Of a stretch of 64,000 nt of DNA, positions 19,526 to 29,335 are shown one piece after another. The notes below the pieces were generated by a model that was given only the letters and a program-made list of their open reading frames with translations, did no database searches and was not told where the DNA came from. The stretch is taken from assembly GCA_944375795.1 (NCBI GenBank), contig CALWAU010000026.1, forward strand, positions 16,443-80,442, in the 5' to 3' direction. A program made the translations under genes and the position numbers. Every line of letters starts with the position of its first letter. Within the stretch, counting starts at the first letter, position 1. This stretch comes from an uncultured Clostridia bacterium. GTDB lineage: Bacteria > Bacillota > Clostridia > Christensenellales > Borkfalkiaceae.

Positions 19526-21142
19526 GTGGAAAAAATAGAGAATAAACCCATCGCAATACAACTGAAAGGCATTACAAAGACATTCGGTAACGTCTCGGCG
19601 AACAAAGATGTAACTATGGATGTCCGGCGGGGGGAGATCCTTGCCGTGCTCGGCGAAAACGGCAGCGGCAAGACGACGCTCATGAACATGATAGCGGGCA
19701 TCTATTACCCCGACGAAGGGCAGATTTTCGTGAACGGGGAAGAAGCGGTCATCCGCTCCCCGCAGGACGCCTTCCGCCACGGGATCGGCATGATCCATCA
19801 GCATTTCAAGCTGGTGGACGTGTTCACCGCGGCGCAGAATATCGTGCTCGGCGTACGCGAAAAGGGGCGCTATAAGCTGAAAGACGCCAACGAAAGGGTG
19901 TTTGAGATTGCGGAAAAGTACGGTTTCCATATCGACCCGGAAAAAAAGGTCTACGAGATGTCCGTATCCGAAAAACAGACGGTGGAGATCGTCAAGGTAC
20001 TTTACCGCGGTGCGGATATCCTCATTCTCGACGAGCCGACCGCCGTCCTCACCCCGCAGGAGACGGAGAAGCTGTTCGACGTTCTCCGCAGAATGCGCGA
20101 CGACGGAAAGTCCATCATCATCATCACTCACAAACTCAACGAGGTGCTGGAGATTTCCGACCGCGTCGCCGTGCTCCGTAAAGGGGAGTATGTCGGCACT
20201 GTGGAGACGGCGGAGACGAACGAGCTGGCGCTCACCGAAATGATGGTGGGCAAGAAGGTATCCTTGAATATCGAGCGGACGGAACCCGAAAATTCTTGCG
20301 ACCGGCTGTTTGTCGCGCACCTCAACTGTCGCGACAGAGAGGGCGTAAAAAAGCTGGACGACGTTACCTTTACCGCCCGGGCGGGGGAGATTCTCGGCAT
20401 CGCGGGTATCGCGGGCAGCGGACAGCGGGAGCTTCTGGAAGCCATCGCGGGATTGCAGCATCTGGAAAGCGGGGAAATTACCTATATCGACCCCGAGAGC
20501 GGCGAAGAAGTCAATCTGCGGGACAAGACCCCCATGCAGATACGCGAACTCGGCGTGCGGCTCTCCTTCGTGCCCGAGGACAGGCTGGGCATGGGGCTGG
20601 TCGGCAATATGGATATCGTGGACAACATGATGCTTCGCAGCTACGGCAAGGGCAAGTCCATCTTCCTCGACCGCAAGGACCCAAAAAAGCTCGCTGAAAA
20701 CATCATCGAAAGCCTCGAGGTCGTCACGCCGGGATTGCATACTCCCGTCCGCAGGCTTTCGGGCGGAAATGTGCAGAAGGTGCTGGTGGGGCGGGAGATC
20801 GCCTCCACGCCCACCGTGCTGATGGCGGCGTATCCCGTCCGGGGGCTGGACATCAATTCCTCCTACACCATCTATAATTTGCTCACCAAACAGAAGGAAA
20901 ACGGCGTGGCGGTCATCTTTGTCGGCGAGGATTTGGACGTGCTCATCGAACTTTGCGACCGCATTCTCGTCATCGGCTCGGGCAGGGTCGCGGGGATCCT
21001 GGACGGCAGGACGGCGAAAAAAGAGGAAATCGGCCTCCTGATGACGGGAAGCAGAGAAAATACAGGCGCCGCGGCGGAAAACGAGGCGGAAGAAAATTTA
21101 GAAGAAAACATACCCGACGGGAAAGGAGGTGCCCATGAATAA
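19526..21142 (+). CDS. ABC transporter ATP-binding protein, duplicated ATPase domains (sugar/nucleoside importer type)
   Basis: 538-aa ORF with a GTG start 6 nt after GGAGG. There are two nucleotide-binding domains: GENGSGKTT with LILDEPT, and GIAGSGQRE with LSGGNVQK. Confidence 0.92.
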   Translation: MEKIENKPIAIQLKGITKTFGNVSANKDVTMDVRRGEILAVLGENGSGKTTLMNMIAGIYYPDEGQIFVNGEEAVIRSPQDAFRHGIGMIHQHFKLVDVFTAAQNIVLGVREKGRYKLKDANERVFEIAEKYGFHIDPEKKVYEMSVSEKQTVEIVKVLYRGADILILDEPTAVLTPQETEKLFDVLRRMRDDGKSIIIITHKLNEVLEISDRVAVLRKGEYVGTVETAETNELALTEMMVGKKVSLNIERTEPENSCDRLFVAHLNCRDREGVKKLDDVTFTARAGEILGIAGIAGSGQRELLEAIAGLQHLESGEITYIDPESGEEVNLRDKTPMQIRELGVRLSFVPEDRLGMGLVGNMDIVDNMMLRSYGKGKSIFLDRKDPKKLAENIIESLEVVTPGLHTPVRRLSGGNVQKVLVGREIASTPTVLMAAYPVRGLDINSSYTIYNLLTKQKENGVAVIFVGEDLDVLIELCDRILVIGSGRVAGILDGRTAKKEEIGLLMTGSRENTGAAAENEAEENLEENIPDGKGGAHE

Positions 21143-22247
21143 CGAAGCCGTAAAGGTAAAAAGCGTGCGCGAGCCGTTGTTTCACGTTGTAAAGAGGACT
21201 GAAATTGTTTGGTGGAAAGCTTGGCTGATTCGCGCCGCGGCAATAGTTGCTGCGCTGGTTGCAACGGGCCTTCTCTCATTTATCGTTTTGAAAAAGAGTC
21301 CGTTTTTTGTCTATTCGTCTATATTTTCCGGCATTTTCGGTTCCAGTCGTCGAATTTTAATGTTTTTGCGGAGTACGGCGATATTGTTGCTGATTTCTCT
21401 TGCAGTAACACCGGCGTTTAAGATGCGGTTTTGGAATACGGGAGCGGAAGGACAAGTTTTGGTCGGCGCGTTCGCCTCTGTATTTTGCATGTATTATTTA
21501 GGAGGGAAAGTTCCGGACGGCATTCTCATTCCCATTATGTTTGTCGTCAGTTTGGCCGCCGGCGCTGTATGGGCGGGTATCCCCGCAGTGTTTCGCGCTA
21601 AATGGAAAACAAACGAGACATTGTTTACGCTGATGATGAATTATATTGCGATTCAGCTCGTTTTGTATACCATCAAAATCTGGAGACCGACGGGAACGGG
21701 CAAGTTAGAGGCACTTCCTTACGGAAATCTTCCGCAAATTGCGGGAGGAGATTTTTGGTTGAGCGTAATCGTGGCAGTTATCGTTACGGCACTCGTCTAT
21801 GTTTATTTGAAATACAGTAAGCAGGGATATGAAATTTCCGTTGTCGGCGAAAGTGAAAATACGGCGCGTTATATCGGTATCGACGTCAAAAAGGTTATTA
21901 TTCGTACGTTGTTGATCTCGGGGGCGCTTTGCGGTTTGGCCGGATTTATGCTCGCGGCGGGAATCGACCATACGGTCAGCGACGAAACGGTCGGCGGCAT
22001 GGGGTTTACGGCTATTTTGGTATCGTGGCTGGCAAAATTTGATCCGATTGCCATGGTATTTGTTTCGGCTCTCGTTACTTTTTTGCAGCAGGGTACGGGG
22101 CAGCTTATGACCGATTGCGGCATTGCAAACAGTTTCTTTTCCGATATCGTCATCGGCATTATGTTCTTTTTCATAATCGGCTGTGAGTTTTTTATCACGT
22201 ATAAATTAAAGTTCAGAAAATCCGACAAGAAGGAGAAAGACAAATGA
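21135..22247 (+). CDS. ABC transporter permease
   Basis: ATG 21135 lies 5 nt after AAAGGAGG and overlaps the ATPase stop codon. The product has about 9 hydrophobic helices. Confidence 0.85.
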   Translation: MNNEAVKVKSVREPLFHVVKRTEIVWWKAWLIRAAAIVAALVATGLLSFIVLKKSPFFVYSSIFSGIFGSSRRILMFLRSTAILLLISLAVTPAFKMRFWNTGAEGQVLVGAFASVFCMYYLGGKVPDGILIPIMFVVSLAAGAVWAGIPAVFRAKWKTNETLFTLMMNYIAIQLVLYTIKIWRPTGTGKLEALPYGNLPQIAGGDFWLSVIVAVIVTALVYVYLKYSKQGYEISVVGESENTARYIGIDVKKVIIRTLLISGALCGLAGFMLAAGIDHTVSDETVGGMGFTAILVSWLAKFDPIAMVFVSALVTFLQQGTGQLMTDCGIANSFFSDIVIGIMFFFIIGCEFFITYKLKFRKSDKKEKDK

Positions 22248-23200
22248 TAGTGGGTTTTCTTTCGAGTGCTATACGTTTGAGCGCAACTTTTCTTTACGGA
22301 TCGACCGGAGAAATTATTACGGAAAAATCCGGGCACCTCAATCTCGGGGTCCCCGGAATCATGAGTGTCGGCGCCGCTTTGGGCTGCCTTTGCGAATATT
22401 ATTTGCTGAAATCTATCGGTACCTCCGTTCCCTTCCTTCTGATACTCTTGCCCTTGCTCGTCACCTTTGCGGGTGGGGCGCTGATGGGGCTGCTGTATAG
22501 TTTCCTCACCGTCTCTCTCCGGGCCAATCAGAACGTGACGGGTCTTGCCATGACGACGTTCGGCGTGGGGCTTGCAGGTTATCTTATCAATTCCATAAAA
22601 GCGCAGATGGCGATTATTACACGGGCGAGCAAGTACTATACGACGTTGTTTCCCTTTGCGGACAAGCTCGGTTGGTTCGGAGAAATTTTTCTTTCGCACG
22701 GCATTTTGGTCTATTTGGCGATTGCCGTTGCCATAGTGGCGCAAATCGTATTGAACAAAACGCGCATAGGCCTTAATCTTCGCGCCGTCGGAGAGAATCC
22801 GGCAACGGCGGATGCTGTCGGAATCAACGTAACGCTTTATCGGTATGCGGCAACTTGTATCGGCTGCGGAATTTCCAGTATCGGCGGACTGTTCTGTATC
22901 ATGGATTACATGGGCGGAAATTGGGAGTATATACTTGAAGTATTCGGCTGGCTGTCTATTGCGCTTGTAATTTTTACGCTTTGGCGTCCTGCTTTATCGA
23001 TTTTGGGGTCGATTATTTTCGGGGCGCTGTATATTGCCTCAAGTTACATCAGCGGGATTACTTTTGCGCAAATTGAACTTATCAGAATGCTTCCGTATGT
23101 CGTAACGATTGTCGTCCTTATCATTACAAGCATTATCAACAGTCGGGAAACGCAGCCGCCGGCAAATTTGGGCTTAAATTACTTCCGGGAAGATCGTTAA
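22244..23200 (+). CDS. ABC transporter permease
   Basis: The ATGA start/stop overlap with the upstream permease indicates translational coupling. The product is polytopic. Confidence 0.85.
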   Translation: MIVGFLSSAIRLSATFLYGSTGEIITEKSGHLNLGVPGIMSVGAALGCLCEYYLLKSIGTSVPFLLILLPLLVTFAGGALMGLLYSFLTVSLRANQNVTGLAMTTFGVGLAGYLINSIKAQMAIITRASKYYTTLFPFADKLGWFGEIFLSHGILVYLAIAVAIVAQIVLNKTRIGLNLRAVGENPATADAVGINVTLYRYAATCIGCGISSIGGLFCIMDYMGGNWEYILEVFGWLSIALVIFTLWRPALSILGSIIFGALYIASSYISGITFAQIELIRMLPYVVTIVVLIITSIINSRETQPPANLGLNYFREDR

Positions 23201-23240
23201 ATTTTTGGCTGTTTTGTGAAAATAAAATTTTAGAAATCAA

Positions 23241-23273
23241 CCCCTCCCTTCGCATACTGTGCGGAGGGAGGGG
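23241..23273. terminator. bidirectional terminator hairpin between convergent genes
   Basis: 14-bp stem CCCCTCCCTTCGCA / TGCGGAGGGAGGGG (one G-U pair) with a 5-nt loop. It lies between the permease gene (+) and the MFS gene (-). Confidence 0.65.
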
Positions 23274-23299
23274 TTTGTAAACGGAAATGGAAAGGAAAA

Positions 23300-24553
23300 T
23301 TATTTTTCTTCTCCGAGGGGATCGGGCAGATCGGGAAGCCCGGTCTTTTTCTTTTTGCGCAGAAAAACCGCGCCCCCGATGACGCCGAGCAGGGGAAATA
23401 CGATCGCCGCGAGGATGCCGATTTTGAGGCTGTCGCCCGCAATGCCGGAGACGGCGCCCACCAGCCCGGGACCGACCATGCAGCCGAGGTCCCCCGCGAG
23501 GGCGAGCAGGGCAAACATCATCGTTCCGCCGTACGGCATGGATTTGGAGGCGAGGGAATAAGTCCCCGGCCAAAGGATGCCGACGAACAGCCCGCACAGC
23601 GCGCAGCCGATGAGATTGACGGCGGGCAGCGGCGGAAGAGTGACCAGCAGGTATGCGACGACGCATCCCGCCGCGCCGATAACCAGCAGTTTTTCCAGGG
23701 AAATTTTTTTCAGGCTCTTAGCGTAAAACACGCGGCAGAGCCCCATGAGCACGGCGAAGGCCATGGGGCCGGCGAGGTCGCCGAGCGCCTTGGAGATGCC
23801 CAGCCCCTGCTCCGCGAAGGCGGACGCCCATTGAGACACCGCCTGTTCGGAGGCGCCCGCGCAGAGCATCAAAAGCATAAACAGCCAGAAAAGGCCGCTT
23901 TTTGCCAGCGAACGGAAGCCGCGTTCCGGCCGCGATTGCGTTTCTCCCGTCTCTTCGGCTCCGGGGAGTTTGTAGAGGGGAACGAGGAGAAAGAGGACGG
24001 CGTTCCCGAGGGGCAGAATCGCCCACAGGCAGGCAAATATCCGCCAATGCCCGACGCCGAAGGCGGAAAACAGGAGGGTGGAGAGGAACACCACCAGCAC
24101 GCTGCCCCAGCAATAGGCGGAATGCAGAAAGCCCATTACGCTTTCCTTCCGTTTGGTGGGACACGCCTCCACGATGGGGGAGATGATGACTTCGAGCAAA
24201 CCCGCTCCCGCCGCGTACAGACAGGCGGAGAGGACAAGTCCGGCGATCGGCGGCAGCAGCTGCGGCAAAAACGCGAGGCAGCAGAGCCCGACCGAGCACA
24301 GCAGATTGGCGGCGACGGCGCAGGCGCGGTAGCCGATTTTGTCCACAAATTTCCCCGCGATGAGATCGACGAGCAGCTGTACGCCGAAGCAGACGGTCGT
24401 GAGCATGGTGATCGTCGAAAGGGAGACGCCGAACTCCGACTGAAAAGTGACGTAGAGGAGGGGAATGTAGTTGAGAACGATCGCCTGTGCGACATAGGCG
24501 AGGCAACAGGCGAAAATGGTGTGCTTGTAATGAAATGCCGTCTTTGTCCGCAT
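23300..24553 (-). CDS. MFS transporter
   Basis: I start it at the internal ATG 24553 (MRTKTAFHYKH...) within ORF 23300..24613. The product has about 12 TM helices. Confidence 0.8.
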   Translation of the reverse strand: MRTKTAFHYKHTIFACCLAYVAQAIVLNYIPLLYVTFQSEFGVSLSTITMLTTVCFGVQLLVDLIAGKFVDKIGYRACAVAANLLCSVGLCCLAFLPQLLPPIAGLVLSACLYAAGAGLLEVIISPIVEACPTKRKESVMGFLHSAYCWGSVLVVFLSTLLFSAFGVGHWRIFACLWAILPLGNAVLFLLVPLYKLPGAEETGETQSRPERGFRSLAKSGLFWLFMLLMLCAGASEQAVSQWASAFAEQGLGISKALGDLAGPMAFAVLMGLCRVFYAKSLKKISLEKLLVIGAAGCVVAYLLVTLPPLPAVNLIGCALCGLFVGILWPGTYSLASKSMPYGGTMMFALLALAGDLGCMVGPGLVGAVSGIAGDSLKIGILAAIVFPLLGVIGGAVFLRKKKKTGLPDLPDPLGEEK

Positions 24554-24660
24554 ATATAAAGTCCCGTGTTTGTTTATCCCAACTATTATAGCGGAGAGGC
24601 GTAAAAAAGGCAAACGTTTTTATGTGGGAAAGGGGCGGTTTTCGCCCTTTTTTGCGCCTT

Positions 24661-24770
24661 TTCGACCCGGAAAAAGGGAATGCGCCGGCGTGCGGCGGAA
24701 AGGAAAACGCCCGGATTTCGGATAAATCGCCCGAAAATGCCTTTTTCCGCGCGGACGGAGGCGTTATAAT
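24661..24770 (+). promoter_or_regulatory. candidate spoIIG-type promoter region (TATAAT at 24765-24770, one near-0A-box TTCGACC at 24661-24667)
   Basis: This is motif matching only. The 0A-like box matches the TTCGACA consensus at 6 of 7 positions. Confidence 0.3.
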
Positions 24771-24804
24771 ATCCCCAAGATTCCGAAAAGGGAGGAATCC
24801 GGGG

Positions 24805-25614
24805 TTGGAAATTTATGTGGAGTACGCGCTGGCAGAAAATTTTTTTCTGGACGCGATGCTGCTGTGGCTGGCCCTCAAAACCGCGAAACAGGCAATTTCC
24901 GCCTGGCGGCTGGCGCTCGCCTCCGCGATCGGCGCCGTCTTTGCGGTCGTTTTTCCGCTCATGCGGCTGGGTACGGCGCTTTCATACATATTGAAATTCG
25001 CGGTCGGATTTTTGCTTTGTCTGATTGCGATCAAGGGAAAGGGGGTGGGCAGGTATGTGTTCACGGTACTTTTGTTCTTCGGATACAGCTTTGCGCTCGG
25101 CGGGGCGCTCCTCGCCGTATACTCGGCGTTTTCCGTCGATTACCGGGACGGGGGCGGATATCTGGTCGAAAGCGCGCCCGTCGGGCTGGTGATCGGCGGC
25201 AGTTTTGCCTTTGTGCTCCTGTCGGCAGCGCTGGTGAAACGGCTGTATAAAAAGCGCGCGATGCGGCGATTTCTCTATTCCTGCCGGGTGGTTCTGGGCG
25301 GACGCAGCGTGCGGGCGGAGGGGTTTCTCGACAGCGGAAACCGGGCGACGGCGCACGGGCTGCCCGTCTGCTTTCTCTCCCCCGATCTCGCCTTTGACCT
25401 TCTGGGAGAGGGGACCATGACGGAGGAGATGACCGTCGTGACGGTGAACGGGGAAAAGACGATAAAAATTTTTCTCGCGGACAGTTTGGAGATATATTGC
25501 GGCGGAAAGCCGAATATAATAAGGAAAGTATATTTTGCGCCGTCCAATCATATATGCGCGCGGGAATATAAAATCATACTCAATGCGGGAGTGACGGAGT
25601 ATCTTTCCGCATGA
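24805..25614 (+). CDS. spoIIGA: sigma-E processing peptidase SpoIIGA
   Basis: The TTG start at 24805 lies 9 nt after GGGAGG, within ORF 24622..25614. The product has 5 TM helices and the aspartic protease motif GFLDSGN. It lies immediately upstream of sigE. Confidence 0.88.
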   Translation: MEIYVEYALAENFFLDAMLLWLALKTAKQAISAWRLALASAIGAVFAVVFPLMRLGTALSYILKFAVGFLLCLIAIKGKGVGRYVFTVLLFFGYSFALGGALLAVYSAFSVDYRDGGGYLVESAPVGLVIGGSFAFVLLSAALVKRLYKKRAMRRFLYSCRVVLGGRSVRAEGFLDSGNRATAHGLPVCFLSPDLAFDLLGEGTMTEEMTVVTVNGEKTIKIFLADSLEIYCGGKPNIIRKVYFAPSNHICAREYKIILNAGVTEYLSA

Positions 25615-25633
25615 AAGGACGGGGAGGCCAAGC

Positions 25634-26341
25634 ATGAAGCTCAAAGAAATACTCAGAAGTTTTTTACGGAAGATGGACGCGGAAAACACGGTGGATTACA
25701 TCTGCGGCACGGAGGCGCTGCCCCTCCCTCTTTCCCCGGAGGAGGAGAGCGAGATGCTCGGCAAGCTGGAGCAGGGGGAGGAGACGGACAAAGTCAAGGC
25801 GGAACTCATTCAGCACAATCTCCGTCTGGTGGTGTACATAGCCCGCAAGTTCGACAATACGGGCGTGGATCCCGACGACCTTATTTCGGTGGGGACGATC
25901 GGGCTGATCAAGGCGATCAATTCCTTCCGGCCGGACAAGAACATCAAGCTTGCCACTTACGCGTCCCGCTGCATCGAGAACGAAATTCTCATGTATCTCA
26001 GGCGCACGGTGCGCCTGAAGAGCGAGGTATCCTTCGACGAACCTCTCAATACCGATTTCGAGGGCAACGAGCTGCTGCTTTCGGACATCCTCGGCACCTC
26101 GGCGGAGAGCGTCTACGGGGGGCTGGAATCGAGCGCGGAAAAGGAGCTGCTCAAGGAGGCGCTCAAAAAGCTTACCGAGCGGGAGAGGAAGATCATGTTT
26201 CTTCGCTTCGGGCTGAACGGGGGAGAGGAGATGACGCAAAAGGACGTGGCGGACCTTCTGGGCATTTCCCAAAGCTATATTTCGCGGCTGGAAAAGAAGA
26301 TTATCCAAAGGCTGCGCAAAGAGATCGCGAAAATGGAATAA
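25634..26341 (+). CDS. sigE: sporulation sigma factor SigE (pro-sigma-E)
   Basis: It is near-colinear with B. subtilis SigE, for example [36 protein letters not shown] and [15 protein letters not shown]. Confidence 0.95.
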   Translation: MKLKEILRSFLRKMDAENTVDYICGTEALPLPLSPEEESEMLGKLEQGEETDKVKAELIQHNLRLVVYIARKFDNTGVDPDDLISVGTIGLIKAINSFRPDKNIKLATYASRCIENEILMYLRRTVRLKSEVSFDEPLNTDFEGNELLLSDILGTSAESVYGGLESSAEKELLKEALKKLTERERKIMFLRFGLNGGEEMTQKDVADLLGISQSYISRLEKKIIQRLRKEIAKME

Positions 26342-26474
26342 GGCGTTCGGCGCGACCCTGCCGGCCGTATTTGCAAAAAATTTTTCCGACGGACAAATAA
26401 AATTCCCCTCATTCGCACATACTCGGGAAAAGAGTCCTTCCGCGCGTTTTGTACATAAGAAGGAGGACGACGGT

Positions 26475-27245
26475 ATGATGCAGAAAGTGGAAATTTGCGG
26501 CGTGGATACCTCGGGGCTTCCCCGCCTGACGGCGAAGGAAAACGAGGAGCTGATGAAGAAACTGAAAACGGGCGACAAAGCGGCGCGCGAGAAGTTCATC
26601 ATCGGCAACATGCGCCTGGTCCTTTCGCTGGTCAAAAGGTTCTGGGCGAAAAACGCCAATGCGGACGACGTGTTCCAGGCGGGCTGCGTGGGGCTTATCA
26701 AGGCGATAGACAATTTTGATTTGAGCGTGGGCGTCAAGTTTTCCACCTACGCCGTGCCGATGATCATCGGAGAGATCAAGCGATATCTCCGCGACGGCAA
26801 TTCCCTGCGGGTGTCGCGGAGCATCCGCGATACGGCTTACCGCGTCCTTAAAGTCCGCGAGGCGATAGAGAGCCGGGACGAGGAGGCCACGCTGGAAAAG
26901 ATCGCGGAGGAAATGCAGGTGGCCGTGAGCGAGGTGGTCTATGCCCTGGACGCCATTTCCGATCCCGTTTCCCTGTATGACCCCGTGTACAACAAGGCGG
27001 GGGATACGCTGCTTTTGATGGACCAGCTGTGCGACGAAAAGAACAACGACGAGGTGTGGACGGAGCACGTCGCCCTCGGCGAGGCGATGGAGCGGCTGGG
27101 CGAACGGGAAAAGCGCATTCTCTTTTTGCGCTACTATGAGGGAAAGACACAGACGGAGATCTCGGAGGAGGTGGGCATTTCGCAGGCGCAGGTTTCCCGC
27201 CTGGAAAAAAACGCGCTCAACAATATCCGGCTGAACATCTCCTGA
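26475..27245 (+). CDS. sigG: sporulation sigma factor SigG
   Basis: It contains KVEICGVDTS.LP, KFSTYAVPMIIGEIKRYLRD and GISQAQVSRLEK. It sits after sigE, as in the canonical operon. Confidence 0.93.
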   Translation: MMQKVEICGVDTSGLPRLTAKENEELMKKLKTGDKAAREKFIIGNMRLVLSLVKRFWAKNANADDVFQAGCVGLIKAIDNFDLSVGVKFSTYAVPMIIGEIKRYLRDGNSLRVSRSIRDTAYRVLKVREAIESRDEEATLEKIAEEMQVAVSEVVYALDAISDPVSLYDPVYNKAGDTLLLMDQLCDEKNNDEVWTEHVALGEAMERLGEREKRILFLRYYEGKTQTEISEEVGISQAQVSRLEKNALNNIRLNIS

Positions 27246-27303
27246 GGAAAGTCGGCCGGCCGCGAACGGTCCCCGTTCGAAAAATTTCCGGAAAGAACGC
27301 CGA

Positions 27304-27330
27304 AGGCGTGGCAAAAGCCGCGCCTTTTTG
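27304..27330 (+). terminator. candidate terminator after sigG
   Basis: Stem AAGGCG / CGCCTT, followed by TTTT. Confidence 0.45.
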
Positions 27331-27392
27331 CATATATTGTAGAAAGCGCCCGAAAGGGAAAAAAGAAAAATCAAAAAAGATCGGAGGCGCAT

Positions 27393-27785
27393 ATGGAAAT
27401 GAGTTTTTCGGAGCTTCGCACCAAAGAGGTGATCAACACCAACGACGGCAGACGACTGGGAAAGGTGTGCGATATCGTGTTCTGTTACCCCGAAAATCGG
27501 GTGATCGGCATCGTGGCGCCGGGCGGAAAGGGGTTCTCGATTTGGAAAAACGAGCAGTTTATCGATATGAAAAACATCGTCAAAATCGGGGACGACGTCA
27601 TTTTAGTCAATTTCAACATGCCGCCCAAGCCCTGCCGCAAACCCGGGCGCGGGCATTCGTCCTGTCCTCCTTCCGGCGGACCGGGCGGCGGCATGAACGG
27701 GGGAGGGCCCGGCATGCAGGGGGGCATGAATCCGCCTGATTACGGCCAAGGGGGGAACAGGAGGAGCTACGAAGAATACGAATAG
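27393..27785 (+). CDS. ylmC: YlmC/YmxH family sporulation protein (PRC-barrel) with Gly/Pro-rich tail
   Basis: The N-terminal ~80 aa (SELRTKEVINTNDGRRLGKVCDIVF...ILV) match the YlmC/YmxH family. The C-terminal ~50 aa are low in complexity and rich in G, P and M. Confidence 0.8.
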   Translation: MEMSFSELRTKEVINTNDGRRLGKVCDIVFCYPENRVIGIVAPGGKGFSIWKNEQFIDMKNIVKIGDDVILVNFNMPPKPCRKPGRGHSSCPPSGGPGGGMNGGGPGMQGGMNPPDYGQGGNRRSYEEYE

Positions 27786-27846
27786 CGTCATAAAAATCCT
27801 TTGCGCATCATAGAATGTAAGGTAAATTACGCGAAAGGGGTTTGTC

Positions 27847-28458
27847 ATGGACGAAAACAAGAACATGGAAATGCGGGATATTTCCCGCCTGTTGGAGGAA
27901 TCGCGCGCGGCGGCCGCCCGCGCGGAAAAGGGCGGGGAGGAAACGGAAAAAGACGCTTCCCTGCGGGGCGTGCCCTATCCGCCGCTGGACGGGATCGGCG
28001 AGGACCAGGCGGCGCTGAAAATTGTTTCCCCCGCCTATGCGGGGGACGAAGGGGAGCTTACCGCCGTGCTCCAATACATATACCAGCATATTCTCTTTGA
28101 CGCCATGGGAAAACGGGAATATGCGGATACCCTTCTGAAAATCGCGATTTCCGAGATGAAGCATCTGGAGATACTCGGTTCGCTGATCTATCGGCTGGGC
28201 GCACTGCCGGTGTATTCCTATCTGCCGCCCTATCCCATCAATTATTATTGCGCGCGGTCGGTCTCCTATTCCCGCACGCCGCAGAAGATGATCCTCGACG
28301 ATATCGAGGCGGAGCAGTACGCCATAGACACGTATACGAAAATGCTCCGTCGGCTGAAAGACGAGCGGGTGGCCGCAATCATTCAGCGCATCCGCATGGA
28401 CGAGGAGGAGCACCTCGCGCGCTTCAAAGAGATTTTGCGGGAAATGACCTCTCAATAA
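27847..28458 (+). CDS. ferritin-like / Mn-catalase (CotJC-like) family protein
   Basis: GDEGELTAVLQYIYQ and SEMKHLEILGSLIYRLG resemble the CotJC / Mn-catalase helix pairs. A second E..H pair is EEEHLARF. Confidence 0.55.
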   Translation: MDENKNMEMRDISRLLEESRAAAARAEKGGEETEKDASLRGVPYPPLDGIGEDQAALKIVSPAYAGDEGELTAVLQYIYQHILFDAMGKREYADTLLKIAISEMKHLEILGSLIYRLGALPVYSYLPPYPINYYCARSVSYSRTPQKMILDDIEAEQYAIDTYTKMLRRLKDERVAAIIQRIRMDEEEHLARFKEILREMTSQ

Positions 28459-28525
28459 GCCGTCAAGCCGGCGGGGAAACTGCGGCTGCCGCCTTGCGAA
28501 AGGGGACGGCCGGGGCCGACATCCG

Positions 28526-29266
28526 TTACGGGGAATCGTCCTGCTTTTCCGGCAGAAATTTCCAATAGCGGACGGGCATGTATCCCTTCATTTGCCGAAT
28601 ATTCCGGCGGGAAGGGATATTTACCGTGCGGTAGTACTTTTTCCAGAGCGCCTCAAATTCGTCCTCGTTTTCGGACAGGACAAGCTCCGCTTCCGGCGCG
28701 GGGACCACCGTCCAATTCCGGCCGTCGCATAGCCCCGCAAGCTTTCTTTTCAGGTCGTGAATGACGAAGGGAAAGGTTTTGAATCGGGCGGCAAAATGCG
28801 GCATCAGCAGCTCCACGACGTCGTTGTCGGGGGTGCAGGGAGCATAGAACACGCCGTCCGCCGTTTCGCGAAAGCGCAGAAACCCGGTCAGGCGGTGCCG
28901 CTCCTGGCCCACCCGTTCGGCAAGTTCCCGCGCGCGGCGCACCTCCGGGCGGGACAGCATCCCCCGGACGGGCCCTTTGTGTTCGGTCAGCAGGCGGATA
29001 TAGAGAAACGCCGCCTGTTCCCTGTCCGCTTCGGGGGTGCGCAGGATACAGTCGATTTCCCAGAGGCAGCCCCGGTCGAGCGCCTCCAGCTTTTTTACCA
29101 CGCGCGCCGCCTTTTCCGGCGAGGGGGGAACGCGGACAAACGAATCGTCCAGCGCTGCCTGAAAGGCGTCGGAGGAGGTGAGAAAGGCGCCTTTGTCCCC
29201 GTAGGCGTCGAACACGGCGGAAAAGAACCCCTCCGCCGTTCCGTCCGTAAAATATACCGTTCGCAT
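28526..29266 (-). CDS. TIGR03915-like (DUF4130) putative DNA repair protein
   Basis: 246-aa ORF. The N-terminus reads Y.TDGT.EGFFSAVFDAY. It is paired with the upstream radical SAM gene, as is typical for this two-gene cassette. Confidence 0.7.
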   Translation of the reverse strand: MRTVYFTDGTAEGFFSAVFDAYGDKGAFLTSSDAFQAALDDSFVRVPPSPEKAARVVKKLEALDRGCLWEIDCILRTPEADREQAAFLYIRLLTEHKGPVRGMLSRPEVRRARELAERVGQERHRLTGFLRFRETADGVFYAPCTPDNDVVELLMPHFAARFKTFPFVIHDLKRKLAGLCDGRNWTVVPAPEAELVLSENEDEFEALWKKYYRTVNIPSRRNIRQMKGYMPVRYWKFLPEKQDDSP

Positions 29267-29335
29267 CGCAATTTCCTCCCGTTGCGGTTATTCTTTTTGC
29301 GCTCGTCTCAACCCTGCCCCGTGCATTTCTAGGTT

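Noticed and set aside
24622-24804. Upstream extension of the spoIIGA ORF. Similar 5' extensions occur for plsX, rnc, ftsY, yraN, obg, yhbY, rsmE and the radical SAM gene.
   Set aside because: The extensions are Arg/Gly-rich and lack an RBS. In each case an internal start with a GGAGG-type RBS yields the canonical family N-terminus.
26342-26474. Sigma-F/G-type promoter for sigG (CACATACTC as a -10 element).
   Set aside because: The -10-like element is plausible. However, I could not find a matching GHATR -35 element at the right spacing, so this is too weak to call.
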